64,000 bases of DNA from Octopus sinensis (Eukaryota). Every line of letters starts with the position of its first letter. Position 1 is the first letter of the stretch. The stretch lies in the NCBI RefSeq assembly GCF_006345805.1, contig NC_042999.1:153512001-153576000 (forward strand). The letters run 5' to 3'. The notes under the pieces were generated by a model. The model had not been told where the DNA came from and did not search any database. It worked only from the letters and a program-made list of their open reading frames with translations. Of the stretch, positions 25,490 to 38,128 are shown one piece after another. The translations under genes and the position numbers were made by a program.

Positions 25490-26067
25490 TATTTATATAT
25501 ATAAGTCAAGAAAATAAAATGGAGAAGAAAAATTAAGATGCTTGGTTCATTTTATTTGTATTACGACTGGTAAAGTAATGCAAATTAAAAAAGTAATAGA
25601 TTAAAAGATATATCCATAAGAAAAACTAATAAAAAGAACCACATCAGCTAAATAACCCAACATATCAAAAAAAATATTCTACATATGTTTCAATATAACA
25701 ATATTTTAGAATCGTTAATAATTATACGTTTTAAAGATGTAATAAGTTGTATATTGTTAGATCTCTTCAGGAAAAATAAGTATATTTGAGTCATGAGTTG
25801 CGAAATGACTTATTTGAGGACTATGTTTAAGAATTTTCAAATGTAAACAAACTACTTTAAGAGACGCAGATTTCATATGATTAGAATGTTATCGTTTAGA
25901 ATTTAGCTATTATATTTTTTATTGACGTTTTTTAAAATTTTACGAGACTGTTTATACATATATATTGAGGAACTGTTTATCTATTAATATATTTGGTTAA
26001 ACCCAGTTGGCATCCGGATTCTTTTTAATCCATTACATGGATATTGCTTCCTCAAATTCCGTATATG

Positions 26068-26130
<63 letters not shown>

Positions 26131-26136
<6 letters not shown>

Positions 26137-26522
26137 AAATCCGTTCTGTCTGTCTGTGTGTATGTCTTCTAGGATCTCGGGCATCCTCCATCCGATTGCG
26201 CTCAAATTTGATATGTAGATACCGACGGTATCAGGGCGTGTATAAGTCTTGAAAAAATTACAAAAATCGATTCCAGGTGAGAATGCGATCGATAAAGCCG
26301 TGGGAACGTGCATTTGTACGCGCAAGTACATTAGCTGTTGCGATCGATACTACGCGTTCGCGAGTAAAAAGCACGTGCAGTTTGTGCAAAAAAAAAAAAA
26401 AAAGCTGGCTGGCTTGAAATAATGTCACAAAATGGGACGGTCGGACAAGTTGTTTTCAGAAAATTTGGTTTAAATGTTTGCCAACTCAACACCGTCCATT
26501 GGACAGGGGGCGTTTTGCTCGT
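26131..26522 (+). mobile_element. Non-autonomous Helitron/DINE-1-like element
   Basis: 5' tatataaaat + (ctgt)n, 3' hairpin gggcgttttgctc-gt; second copy inverted at 42486-42878. Confidence 0.6.
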
Positions 26523-26729
26523 GTATTTATTTAATTTATTTATTTAGTTTCAGCTCGCAAGCTGTGGCCATGCTGGGGCACTGCCATTTGGTGTTGCTAC
26601 ATGATTTTATTTCACGAATGCTTTTTAGTAAATGCCATCTGGTGCATGAGAGAGTTCGATGCAGCTGCCCTCATCTGCACCTCCTGCCGTGAAGTTGGTT
26701 CATATATATATATATATATATATATATAG

Positions 26730-26935
26730 GGAGAGTTTACGAAAAAAACAAAAGACGAAGACAGGTGGTGTACAAAACAAACAGATGTATTAGTATAACG
26801 CTCAGGAATAGAAAAAGTCTTTTACGTTTCGAGCCTACGCTCTTCTAGAAAAACAAGGAGAGAAACAAGGACAGAAAAAAATGTGTGTAGTGGCTAACGA
26901 TCACTCATGGCGATATAAATATATTTATATATATC
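26730..26935 (-). mobile_element. TA-inserted Penelope-terminus-like fragment with a decayed HHR motif at 26817-26854
   Basis: Minus strand: ttctaga-a-GAGC gtag GCTC-GAAAC-GTA; homolog at ~51880-51990. Confidence 0.45.
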
Positions 26936-27179
26936 ATGACTTGGAATTGAAACCGTATCGTGGTATAGCTCAGGCGGGTGTTTACGACTTGTTTCTCAGT
27001 GATGTATAATCATCGCATCATTATCACCGATGTAACTGCGATAGCCAGATGTTACACTGTCAGGCTGTTTACTGATCGTTATCGGAAAATCCCCAACTGA
27101 GTAAACCAGGCGTTTCGTCATTTTTGAAATTCATTCAGAGCTTGTTGTTTCGTCATCTGGGGAGATGATCTTAAGATAA

Positions 27180-27830
27180 CGCTCTTACTGGGTGCATGTA
27201 TGCATCTATGCATGTATGCATGTGTGTGTGGTGTGGTGGAGCGAATGCATGTATGTATATATTTATGCAAGGGCGTGTGTATGTATCTGTGCATGGGTGT
27301 GTGTAGGTGGAGTGTGTGTATATGCATGTATGTATGCACGCATGTGTGTATGTATGTGTGTGTATGCATGTATGTATATATGCATGTATGCATGTATGTA
27401 TATATGTGTGTATATATGTATGTGTATATATATATATATATGCGTGTGTGTGTGTATGAGTGTATATATGTATACATGCATATATGAATTGTATGCATGT
27501 ATGTACGTATGCGCGCGCACACCCATACACACACACGTACACACATATAGACATATACACGCACACACATACACACATACACACACATAAAACACACGTG
27601 TGCACACATACATACACATACGCACACACATACATGCTCACACACATTCACACACAGACACACAGGCACACACGCAAGCGCGCGGTGCACACACATACAC
27701 GCACATACACACACGCACACACATACACACACACGCGTACACACATGCACACACACATACAGGCACACACCCAGATGCACACACACACAGGCATAGACAT
27801 ACATATGCGTGCTATTCCCACGTTACTGCA
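27180..27830. repeat. Compound degenerate (TG)/(TA)/(CA) microsatellite
   Basis: Direct inspection. Confidence 0.9.
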
Positions 27831-28074
27831 TGTACATGTTGCTTGTATGAATCTATAGTTTGCTTAAATGTCTGTGAAATTTCAGGAATGGTTTCCATAT
27901 TTTCACAGTTCCATTAATAACTAATAATTGTAATTAGTTTTAATTAGGTGTCTTCTGTCTGGTTTTGTGAAGCCGAGCTTCTCAAAAGAGGTGCCTAGTC
28001 AGTGTCTACATAGAATAGTTAAATGGGGATACAAATACGACGTTGCTGGCTGAGTTGTTGGAGGTTGTCTGGTA

Positions 28075-28640
28075 TTGGGTTGTCCGGAAAGTTCGTGCCG
28101 ATTTTTAAAGGAAAGAAAAAGGTCAATAAATACTTGCCACTACATTTTTAATCAACCAAATATGAACCATTTTGTTGCAAAATGCGTCTCCATCTTTCCT
28201 TTAGCTTGAAAATACCCTCTTTCCAGAATTAAGGTGGTTTCATGGCAAAGAATTCATCAAGGTATCTTTTTACGTCATCCAAGGAATTGAAATTTTTACC
28301 TTTAAGACTATTCTGCAGAGACCTGAATAAGTGGAAATCCGAAGGAGCAATATCTGGTGAATATGGAGGGTGTGGTAACACATCCCAGCCGAGCTGCAGC
28401 AATTTCAGTCTGGTTCCCAAAGCATCAAGTGCCGAAAATGAAATTTCTTATCTTCCATTTTAAAGGGTTATAGAATTAACACAGGTTATAGGAACATAAA
28501 CCTTGTTCCACGAAAAAATAGCTTAACCTGTGCTCTAAATGGAAGTGTAGTCAAATCCTATTTTATGGACTCAACCATGTTCTAAAATAAGTCGAAAAGT
28601 AAGCTACTATAAATCGACACGAACTTTCCGGACAACCCAG
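28075..28640 (-). mobile_element. Internally deleted mariner element
   Basis: 30-bp TIRs 28075-28104 and 28611-28640 (ttgggttgtccggaaagttcgtgccgattt); transposase C-terminus WDVLPHPPYSPDIAPSDFHLFRSL. Confidence 0.92.
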
Positions 28641-28899
28641 TTGTTTGACTTATCTAGTCATGCTTTATTTCATATAGAAAGCGGAGGAGGATGGAGGACG
28701 ATGGAGGAGGAGGTAAAAGTGAGATAAAGCGAGCTAGCATACGAGTGCATATACTAGGCTTGGCGGTAGGAACTGAGTAAGTGTATGTATGCTATAACTG
28801 GTGTTCTGTTGGTTACGACGACGAGGGCTCCAGTTGATCCGATGAGCAGAACAGCCTGTTTCATGAAATTAAACGTATAAGTGGCCGAGCACTCTACGG

Positions 28900-29125
28900 A
28901 CATGTCTACCCATCTCTTTACTACCCACAAGGGGCTAAACACAGAGAAGACAAACAAGGACAGACAAACGGATTAAGTCGATTCTATCGACCCCAGTGCG
29001 TAACTGGTACTTATTTAATCGACCCCGAAAGGATGAAAGGCAAAGTCGACCTCGGCGGAATTGCGGTATACGAAATACCGCAAAGCATATCGCCCGTCGT
29101 GCTAACGTTTCTGCCAGCTCACCGC
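28900..29125 (-). mobile_element. SINE family B inserted within SINE-C tail sequence
   Basis: Family B reverse complement flanked by C-tail pieces at ~28760-28900 and ~29135-29215. Confidence 0.7.
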
Positions 29126-29989
29126 TTTATACCATTAACCTAGTTCTCGGGGAGATACAGCGTGACACAGATAGTGACAAGACTGGCCCTTTGAAATGCA
29201 GGTATTACTTGGTTTTGCCTGCAGATTGGACAGGAGTGATCTGAAAGACGCTTTATTTCACATTGCCCCATTCCACTCAGCTGGCACAAACGAGTATCTG
29301 TAATTCAAAGGGCCAGCCTTAACACGTTCTGTGTAACGCTGAATTCCCGAGAACTATATTAATGTTATACGTGTGTGTGGAGTACTCTGCCACTTACACG
29401 TTTGATTTCAAGAGCAGGTTATTCCTTTGATAGGAACCGACGACGGGGTGCCAGAAATAAGAAGCTTATAAAGTGGGAGTCCTATTATGGCTGTTGCTGT
29501 TGTTGCTCCTGCATACTTGTTTTGGTCTAGGACTCAAAAACTAGGACCCAAAAACCCGAAGCGATTTCCACGGCGTATAAATGAATGAACTTAAAGCAGT
29601 CGCCTCTAAATGGTGCCCGGTTTGTCACGCGGCTAGGTTCCCAATTATTTACATGAGAAATGTTTTGTTCAAGAACACCACACACTGCCTGGTCTAGGAA
29701 TCGAAATCAAGGTCTTACGATCTTGAGTGCAACAATTCAACCACTAGCCCGAGCGCTCTCACTTCAGTTTCGGTAAATTTTCACTATTACATCCGAATGA
29801 CTTTGAGACGGAAAATTCATGTTTTTCTTATGGTTTTCGATGGCTTTTGAACAAATCTGACAACTAAAACCGCCGGATATCACTTATTCTTTAGGGAAAC
29901 ATTCATCTTCAAAGTGAGATGAGTGTCAAACATCAATGCAATTACCATTAGAAACAGAATGAAATGGTATGAAATGATTATTTCATCCG

Positions 29990-30232
29990 TCTCACTTTGA
30001 AGGCGAAACTTATACCATTTCAGTTTATACACGCCTTAGTTTGGAGGTGAAATTTATACCCTTCTCACTTTGAAGGTGAAACTTATACCTGTCTCACTTT
30101 GAAGGTGAAACATATACTCCTTCACTTTGAAGGTGAAACTTATACCCTTCTCACTTTGGAGGTGAAACTCATAACTGTCTCACTTTGAAGGTGAAACTTA
30201 TACCCGCCCCACTTTGAAAGTGAGATTTATAT
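29990..30232 (+). repeat. 29-bp minisatellite (tctcactttgaaggtgaaacttataccc[t/g]), ~7 units
   Basis: Unit starts at about 30063, 30092, 30120, 30149, 30178 and 30207. Confidence 0.9.
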
Positions 30233-30844
30233 ATTTGCTCCGGTTTCTGAAGTGATTTGAACGAATGACACCATCGAAACCACCAAAAAGCACCCGTTTA
30301 TAGGTACACCACACTTTCAAAGTGAGATCGTGTGCAATAACAAAAATTTACCTCGTTTTCTTCTTTAAATATAATTACTAAAATTCTGTTTACTTTTTAC
30401 TCGAGTCTGTTTTTCTGCGCTTCTTTTCCGAGGCTGTCGTGTCCAGCCATGTTGTTTGTGGTAATTCTCTGCATGTTGTATTTTAGATCTGAGAGGAATA
30501 TTAGTTTGATCTTGAATTAAAGAATTCTGCAATGAATGTCATCAAAAGAAGAACCATTTGTTTAACGGAACTGATTGTTGCGGCAAGAATATTAGAAAAG
30601 CTGTTTGTTTATCATACATTCAAACAAACAAGCATCAAACGCCATGCATGCGTCTTTCATACAAGGAGTCTGTCTGTCTGTCTGTGTGCCTGTCTGTATG
30701 TCTCTCTCTCTCTCTCTCTCTCAGCCTGTCTGTCTGTCTATCAAGCAGTCTGCCTACTTGTCTATCTGTCTGTCTCTGTATGTATCTTTGCATGTATCTG
30801 TATGCCTCTCTGACAATCAATCAATCAATCAATCAATCAACCAG

Positions 30845-30929
<85 letters not shown>

Positions 30930-31234
30930 TATCCGTGGTAAGAAAAGCCTACGAAAAAGATCACGGTAACTTTGGTCAATATTGTTATATGTTACCATAT
31001 TTGTTTGCAAGTGGGTAACCCTCTGTTTTCAATTTCTGGGTTCATAGGATTATGCTCAAGGTGGCTTCGTCATTCATACGTGCCATCCTTGCTACATTCA
31101 CCCATCTTTTTTTAAAACGTTCGCTAGACAAAACTTGCCTCTCTACTCTCACTTTCCTTTTCAAGTGGTACTTGAAGAAGTTGATGAGAGGTTGACCAGA
31201 GAGGAAAGTGTTTGTCTCCAATCCTTTCAGACGA

Positions 31235-31525
31235 GTCCACCAGATACACGATCCCTATTGATCGTTTTTTTTCCTCTCTCCCTTTTTTCCTCTTTTTTCT
31301 TCTTTTTTCATTTTTCTTTTCTTTTTTTCCCTTTTTTCTTTTTATCTTTTCCTTTTTTTATTTCTCTTTCTTTTCCTTTTTTTTCTTTTTTTGTTGTTCT
31401 TTTTTCCCTTTTACGATCCCTTTTGATCGAAAACCTACGCTACCTTTTTTTTTCTCCCCCAAAAGAAAAGCTCTACCTTGTAACTTGTCCCATCTGTGTG
31501 CAGCCCTGTGTGGCCAATAAAGAAA

Positions 31526-31530
<5 letters not shown>
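31235..31530 (+). mobile_element. (TCTA)n-associated LINE-type 3' tail element
   Basis: gatccc..ttgatcg, aaaagctctac, cagccctgtgtggccaataaaga then (tcta)n; copies at 52.2-53.7 kb. Confidence 0.6.
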
Positions 31531-31609
<79 letters not shown>

Positions 31610-31738
31610 GTCTGTCTGTCTGTCTGTCGGTCTGTCTGTCTGTCTGTCTATCTCTGTGTCTGTCTGTCTGTCTGTCTGTCTATCTCTGTGTCTGTCTGTC
31701 TGTCTGTCTGTCTATCTCTGTGTCTGTCTGTCTGTCTT

Positions 31739-31779
<41 letters not shown>

Positions 31780-32348
31780 ATAAATATGCCTCAATATAAA
31801 TATGCTTCTATATCAAATGCATCCACACACACACACACACAGACACACACACACACAAGCGCACGCTAAGAGTAACGAATGGGAAAACGAAAGCATAGAA
31901 AATGCCATAGGTAGGGTAAAAATAATATATTTTTATTCCGTCAACCGAAGCGAAAACTGCGTGAAGACTCGAGATTTCGGCAAACTTCAGGCCATCTGTT
32001 TCAACGTGTACTTGATGAAACCGAGAGTTTTAGCTAGGTTTGGTTCTATTTCTAGCAGAACAAATGATGTGTGTGTGTGTGCGTGCGCGCGATTGTGTGC
32101 ATGCGTGCGTTGTATTGCGTTTGTATGTGTGTGCACGCGCGCGTGTATGTGTGTGTGTATGTTGTATACATACATACATAAATACATATATATATGTATG
32201 TATGCATGCATGTATGTATGTATGCATGCATGTATGTATGCATGCATGTATGTATGTATGTATGTATGGATGGATGGATGCATGTATGTATGTATGTATG
32301 CATGCATGCATGCATGCATGTATGTATGTATGTATGTATGCATTTATG

Positions 32349-32380
<32 letters not shown>

Positions 32381-32484
32381 TATATAAACATATATATATA
32401 TATATAGGTATTTCATGATAAAATTATTTTAAGCATTTTCTACCTTGTCTTATTTTCCTTGCACACGCACATACGCGCGCGCGC

Positions 32485-32527
<43 letters not shown>

Positions 32528-32960
32528 GAAAGACTTACAGTTAACAAAAGTCGGGATGCGTGGCGTTCAGTTACCTAATAAATGAGAAATGCATTAAATA
32601 AACAACGATAGCTAAGAACCGCACACGTAGGACAGACACAGAAGGCCCTAATTCTTCATCAGTTATCGACCGAATGTTAACACTCAGTTTCATGCCCTTA
32701 GTGATTATACTGAAAACTTCGCATATCGGCGGCGCCCGTACATTTATGAATATATATCTGTATATACTTGCATATACGCATGCCTATTCTTTTATTCTTT
32801 TACTTGTTTGAGTCATTTGATTGCAGCCATTTTGGAGCACCGCCATGATAAAATTTTAGGGAGGCTAAAATAACACATATAAACATACATACTTATACAT
32901 ACATACACACACACACATATACATAATATATACATATATACATAAATATATATTACATAC

Positions 32961-32993
<33 letters not shown>

Positions 32994-33049
32994 CTATATT
33001 ATATATATATATATATATATGTATAATATATATATATATATATATATAA

Positions 33050-33295
33050 AATACAAAATGGGACAACAAAACATCCAGATAGACGATACAAAGAAAGCAA
33101 GGACGGGTCATTCGAAGTTTTCTTTCCTCAGTCAAGTACCAGATTATCCTTCGCCATTTCGGCTGATTATACTTGAGACTGCTCCAATCTGGCCAGTCCC
33201 AAGGGAAAACTAAGCTAAGAGCATTATTCCTTGGGAGAAAGCAGCGAATGTATACAAAAACAAGGACGAAAAAACGGACGATGTTACACAAATAC

Positions 33296-33300
<5 letters not shown>
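33050..33300 (-). mobile_element. TA-inserted Penelope-terminus-like fragment (relative of ~41420-41890)
   Basis: Shared blocks attcgaa, tcagtcaag, atttcggctgatta, aaaactaagc. Confidence 0.45.
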
Positions 33301-33335
<35 letters not shown>

Positions 33336-33386
33336 CATATATACTATAATATATATATATATTCTATATAATATATATATATATAG

Positions 33387-33448
<62 letters not shown>

Positions 33449-34459
33449 CATATATACATACTCATATTCATATGTATATATTTATATATATATAATATAT
33501 ATACATATGAATATATGTATATATACATACATACATACATGTATACATACATACATACATACATACATACATACATACATACGTACACATACATACATAC
33601 ATATTCATACATGCATACTTATATTCATACACAAGTACATGTATGCACACACATATATATCTATATATATGTACGTACATGCTTACACATGTGTGAGCCT
33701 AACAGCTGTCCCATGAGGGATGGTATACATCTCAATGTTTTCTTAAACACAAACGTGCAATTATTTGTGAATAGAATTTCTGTCGTAAATTTTCCGCATA
33801 TAACTTACTGACGATGTCACACCACGTAATCTCGTAAACACGTGTCCATTTTATTCACTATTGATTGGTCAGCTGTCGTGTGTTATGGTATCTCTTTCTT
33901 CTTATATGCGTCTTAGTTTAACGTTAAAGAGAGCGAAGCTAGTTGAGGTAAAATAGTTGTCTTAGCTTCTGCGAGAATAAGAGAGCTCGATTTTTGTAGA
34001 GATCAGATGGGGACCAAACGTTGGGTGAATTCTAAAAGTTGATGATAGCATCATTTAGGCAATGTTGATGGAATGTTTTCCTCACCATACAAACGATATT
34101 GCACTAACGACGGCTTTGGTGGGAATAGAGCTTGAGTTTTCTCGAGGTGAGCCCACTAATCAGGACCTATCATCTTAAAATTTTCTATTGTTTACTTGCT
34201 TCCATAATAAAGTGCGGCCATGCTGGAACATACGTTGATGTTTGTTGTCTAATCAATATATAAAATATATAAAATAATATAAATTAATTAATTTTATGTA
34301 TTGGCGTATGTTTTTTCATTGTTTGATTTGCCTAATAGTGGTTTTATCTCTAATTTAAATAATATAATATAATATATTTTATACTATAAAATTGGATTTA
34401 ATCCTAAATCTGATTTTTCCCTGTAAGTTTGGATTTATTCCCTAATATTTTATTATATA

Positions 34460-34490
<31 letters not shown>

Positions 34491-34557
34491 ATAATATATA
34501 TATATATATATAATATAAACTTACTTGGAGAAGAGAAAACAACGCGTGTGTTCGGTC

Positions 34558-34936
34558 ATATATAACAATATAATAAATAAAACATATGCATATATACATA
34601 TATGGTACATATTTACATCTACATGTATATATATATGCATATATGAGTACAGGACACCACAAATAAACGTAGAACACAACGAGAAACGAAAACATATAAT
34701 CAAACAGGAAACGGGCTTCTTTTAAACAACGAAAAACACAGTACAGGACAAACAATACTATACAAGGAAAATTCCCCGTTTCCTTGTTTGATTTTATGTT
34801 TTCGTTTCTCGTTGTGTTCTACGTTTATTTGTGGTATCCTGTACTCATATATGCATGTATATATATACATGTAGATGTAAGTATGTACATATATGTATGT
34901 ATATATGCATATGTTTTATTTATTATATTGTTATAT
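34558..34936. repeat. ~160-bp inverted repeat (fold-back) built from the tail of the 8.9/11.7-kb family
   Basis: 34558-34715 matches the reverse complement of 34775-34936 with some mismatches. Confidence 0.9.
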
Positions 34937-34985
34937 ATATATATATATATATATATTGATGTTTGTTCTCTAATCAAAATATATA

Positions 34986-35356
34986 TCTATATATAGAGAG
35001 CTGAAGTTGTCTGTGTATGGCAGGTTTGGTAGCCTTCAACTAACACTATCTCCTCCGAAACCCTGATGCTCAAGTTGACCAAAATTGAGAGTATGATAGA
35101 AGAAGGCTTGCTCTTCCTTCCGTAGAAGAAATAATTCAAGTCGGACCATGTTAACACCAAAACTTATTTACATCAAACAGGTGCTTTTTTTCTATGAAAA
35201 TCCCTATTTTTTACGATTTTTTGACTGCTGTGTCACCATTTTTCGGTGTTTTTCAACCAGAAAAATGTTCACTTAAAGAGAATAACAAGCTACGTAATGT
35301 AAAATTTTTACTTCTCAAAAATTCCAATTCTAAAGTATCGCCGGGCGATACTGCTA

Positions 35357-35357
<1 letters not shown>
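34986..35357 (+). mobile_element. Complete 372-bp non-autonomous Helitron
   Basis: A|TC 5' end; perfect hairpin gtatcgcc-g-ggcgatac (35335-35351), then tgCTAG|T. Confidence 0.85.
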
Positions 35358-35399
<42 letters not shown>

Positions 35400-35522
35400 T
35401 TAAGCAGCCGAAATCTGCGATGAGGGATCAGTTTCTGACTGAAGAATGAAGGCTTTGAATGACCGTTTGTCTTTTTGTTCGTCCTTCGGTATTTCACGTT
35501 ATTTATTTATGTAAAGGTTTAT

Positions 35523-35555
<33 letters not shown>

Positions 35556-35573
35556 TTGATGTTTGTTCTCTAA

Positions 35574-35619
<46 letters not shown>

Positions 35620-35726
35620 ATATATATATTTATATGCACACACAGAGGGAGGGGAAAGAGAGAAAGAAAGAAACGGAGAGTGAGGGACAGGGTAGGATAC
35701 GGGAGAGAGAGAAAGAGAGAGAGAGA

Positions 35727-35803
<77 letters not shown>

Positions 35804-36816
35804 AGAATGCGAATAACAGATGTGCGCAGGCAGATATTCATACACACCTATCCACCTATCCACCTATCCACCTATCCACACATTATACGCGGAAAAGTCC
35901 GTGCAAATGTAGAGACACAGACATCCACGAATACGCTCACACAGTTACGCCTAGACATACATTAAACACCAGTGTAAACGTCGCGCATAATAGAAGCCCG
36001 GAGCTGCTCACATGCAAGCACGCATGAAGATCAACCATGGTGCATTCGCATAAGCTAATACACGTGCACAGTATCTCTTTCTGTCGCTCTCTTTCTCTGT
36101 CTCTCGCATGTAGGAACGCATACTGCAGACACCGAGCCACACAGAAAATGCTAAATCAACTCCTATATTTATCGTCAGATGTAGAGGCACGCACGCATAT
36201 GCAAGCACACGTGCCGAAAAATAGACCTGATACGCATGCGTATTCTGAACATACATGTTCACCAACACACGCGTTTATATTTACAAAAATCTCTATAAAT
36301 ACAAACTCGTCTTCAGCGCCTTCCCTTGCTTTCTCGTTCGGATACGCATCAACACACACAAGTGCACATGCTCGCATAGACTTACACAATTATAACACCA
36401 TGAGGCGTACATTCTACTCTCGTCCAATATGCAGTCAATGTACTATACGCCTCCCCCCCCCCAAAAAAAAATACACACACGCACAAATATGTATGTGAGA
36501 AAATGTATGGATAAGCAAATTAGACAGATCAATATATAAAATATATTAAATATATGAAGTACAAAAAATGTAAATATGTATGCATACAAAAAAGGTCAGA
36601 CTTACACAGAATACAAATGATATAGAGAATGCACAGACACACAGACACACAGACACACACACACACACATCACATACACACACACACAGATATAGATATA
36701 GGCGCAAGTGTGGCTGTGTGGTAAGAAGCTTGCTTCCCAGCCACTAGGTTTCGGGTTCAGTCCCGCTGCATGACACCTTGGGAAAATGTCTTCTCTTATA
36801 ACGTCGGGCCGGCAAA

Positions 36817-36862
<46 letters not shown>

Positions 36863-37419
36863 GTAATGCCCTGATGCAGTACCAGGCAGTGGCTCCTGTG
36901 GCTTCTGATCTTAACTGATTGGAAATATCATGTACATTGTTTTATCTTGGTATAAATGATGAGCTTCAGCAAATGTTCTACTCAGTACCACAGATTTGCT
37001 TGTCAGTTGTTTGATCTTAACCAGTTGAGCATGTCCCTTAGTGGCTGACGATATGTGCATCTCTGATCACGAGCAGAAGTAGTGGGGGAGCATCATAGCC
37101 ATGTGTTGAGAGGGGATTCTTTGGGGTTTGAATAGTTCACCCATGGAAGCATGGGTGTTTCGTTCAACATCCTTAAACAATGTTTATTCAGGGATCTTTT
37201 GAACGGGATGGGTTACTCGACCAGAAGAAAATTCTAACTGGGCCCCACCTGCAAGGTCATGTGCTGTTTATCTTGATATCAGATCACCATGTCGCGCACA
37301 TATGGTCGTGATGCATGTGCTTAGTGTACCCTTATCAGACGGTTAGTGATGATAGGTATACTGGGCTATGTATATTTTACCCCAGTGTCACTTTGATGGC
37401 ATGCACTGCTCTCTCACTC
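36863..37419 (+). mobile_element. Longest copy of the (AAT)n-associated family E (~555 bp)
   Basis: Embedded in (AAT)n on both sides; non-coding; no TIR or Pol III box seen. Confidence 0.85.
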
Positions 37420-37478
<59 letters not shown>

Positions 37479-37526
37479 TGATAATAATAAAAATAATAAT
37501 GAGAACCCAAGTTCAAAATTTCCCCA

Positions 37527-37573
37527 AGACACCTGATGAAGGCTGGAGGGTATATCAACCGAAACGTTGTGCT
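37527..37573 (+). ncRNA. Minimal type I hammerhead motif, canonical core, slightly decayed
   Basis: gacac-CTGATGA-a-ggctg..caacc-GAAAC-GTT-gtgct; palindromic ACGT stem III. Confidence 0.55.
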
Positions 37574-37754
37574 AACAACAAACAAAATGAGGAAAAATAT
37601 CCGTCAAATGTAAATAATGTACATAATTCCTCATCTCTTAAATATAGAAATTAATTGGATCCTCATCGTCGAAAACGACGGAGATCCACTACTTCGCCGC
37701 TTAATTTTGTCCACTCGAAAGAGATGAGAGGCACAATCAATTTATACTTTCATT

Positions 37755-38128
37755 GTTTTTTTATTCTTTTACGTGTTTCAGTCATTTGACTGCGGCCATG
37801 CAACAACACCGCCCTTAGTCGAACAAATCGACCACAGGACTTGTTCTCTGTTAGCCTAGTACTTATTCTATCGGGCTATTGTGCCGAACCGCTAAGTTAC
37901 GGGGACGTAAACACACCAACATCAGTTGTCAAGAGATGGCGTTAGGGTACACGCACAGACACACATACACACATACACACATATAAGTTTACAATGGGTT
38001 TCTTTCAGTTTCCGTCTACCAAATCCACTAATAAGGCTTTGGTCAGCCCAAGGCTATAGTAGATGTCACGCAGTGGGACTGAACCCAGAACCATATGGTT
38101 GGGAAGCAATCTTCTTACCACACAGTCA
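37755..38128 (-). mobile_element. SINE family A
   Basis: Similar to 14095-14552, with internal deletion. Confidence 0.8.

Noticed and set aside
27118-27917. Long ORFs rich in H/T/Y/I/C/V/M (also at 10.6-11.2, 32, 33.4, 41.9 and 54-55 kb)
   Set aside because: These are translations of CA/TA/TATG microsatellites, open in several frames on both strands.
29990-30232. CRISPR-like regular repeats (also 38920-39125)
   Set aside because: Adjacent tandem units without unique spacers, eukaryotic context, no cas genes.
31135-31869. 244-aa F/S/L-rich ORF resembling a membrane protein
   Set aside because: Derived from T-rich tracts and TCTA/TCTG microsatellites.
32640-32700. Minus-strand CUGAUGA-A-GAA..UUC
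   Set aside because: No GAAA follows stem II; a truncated or chance motif.
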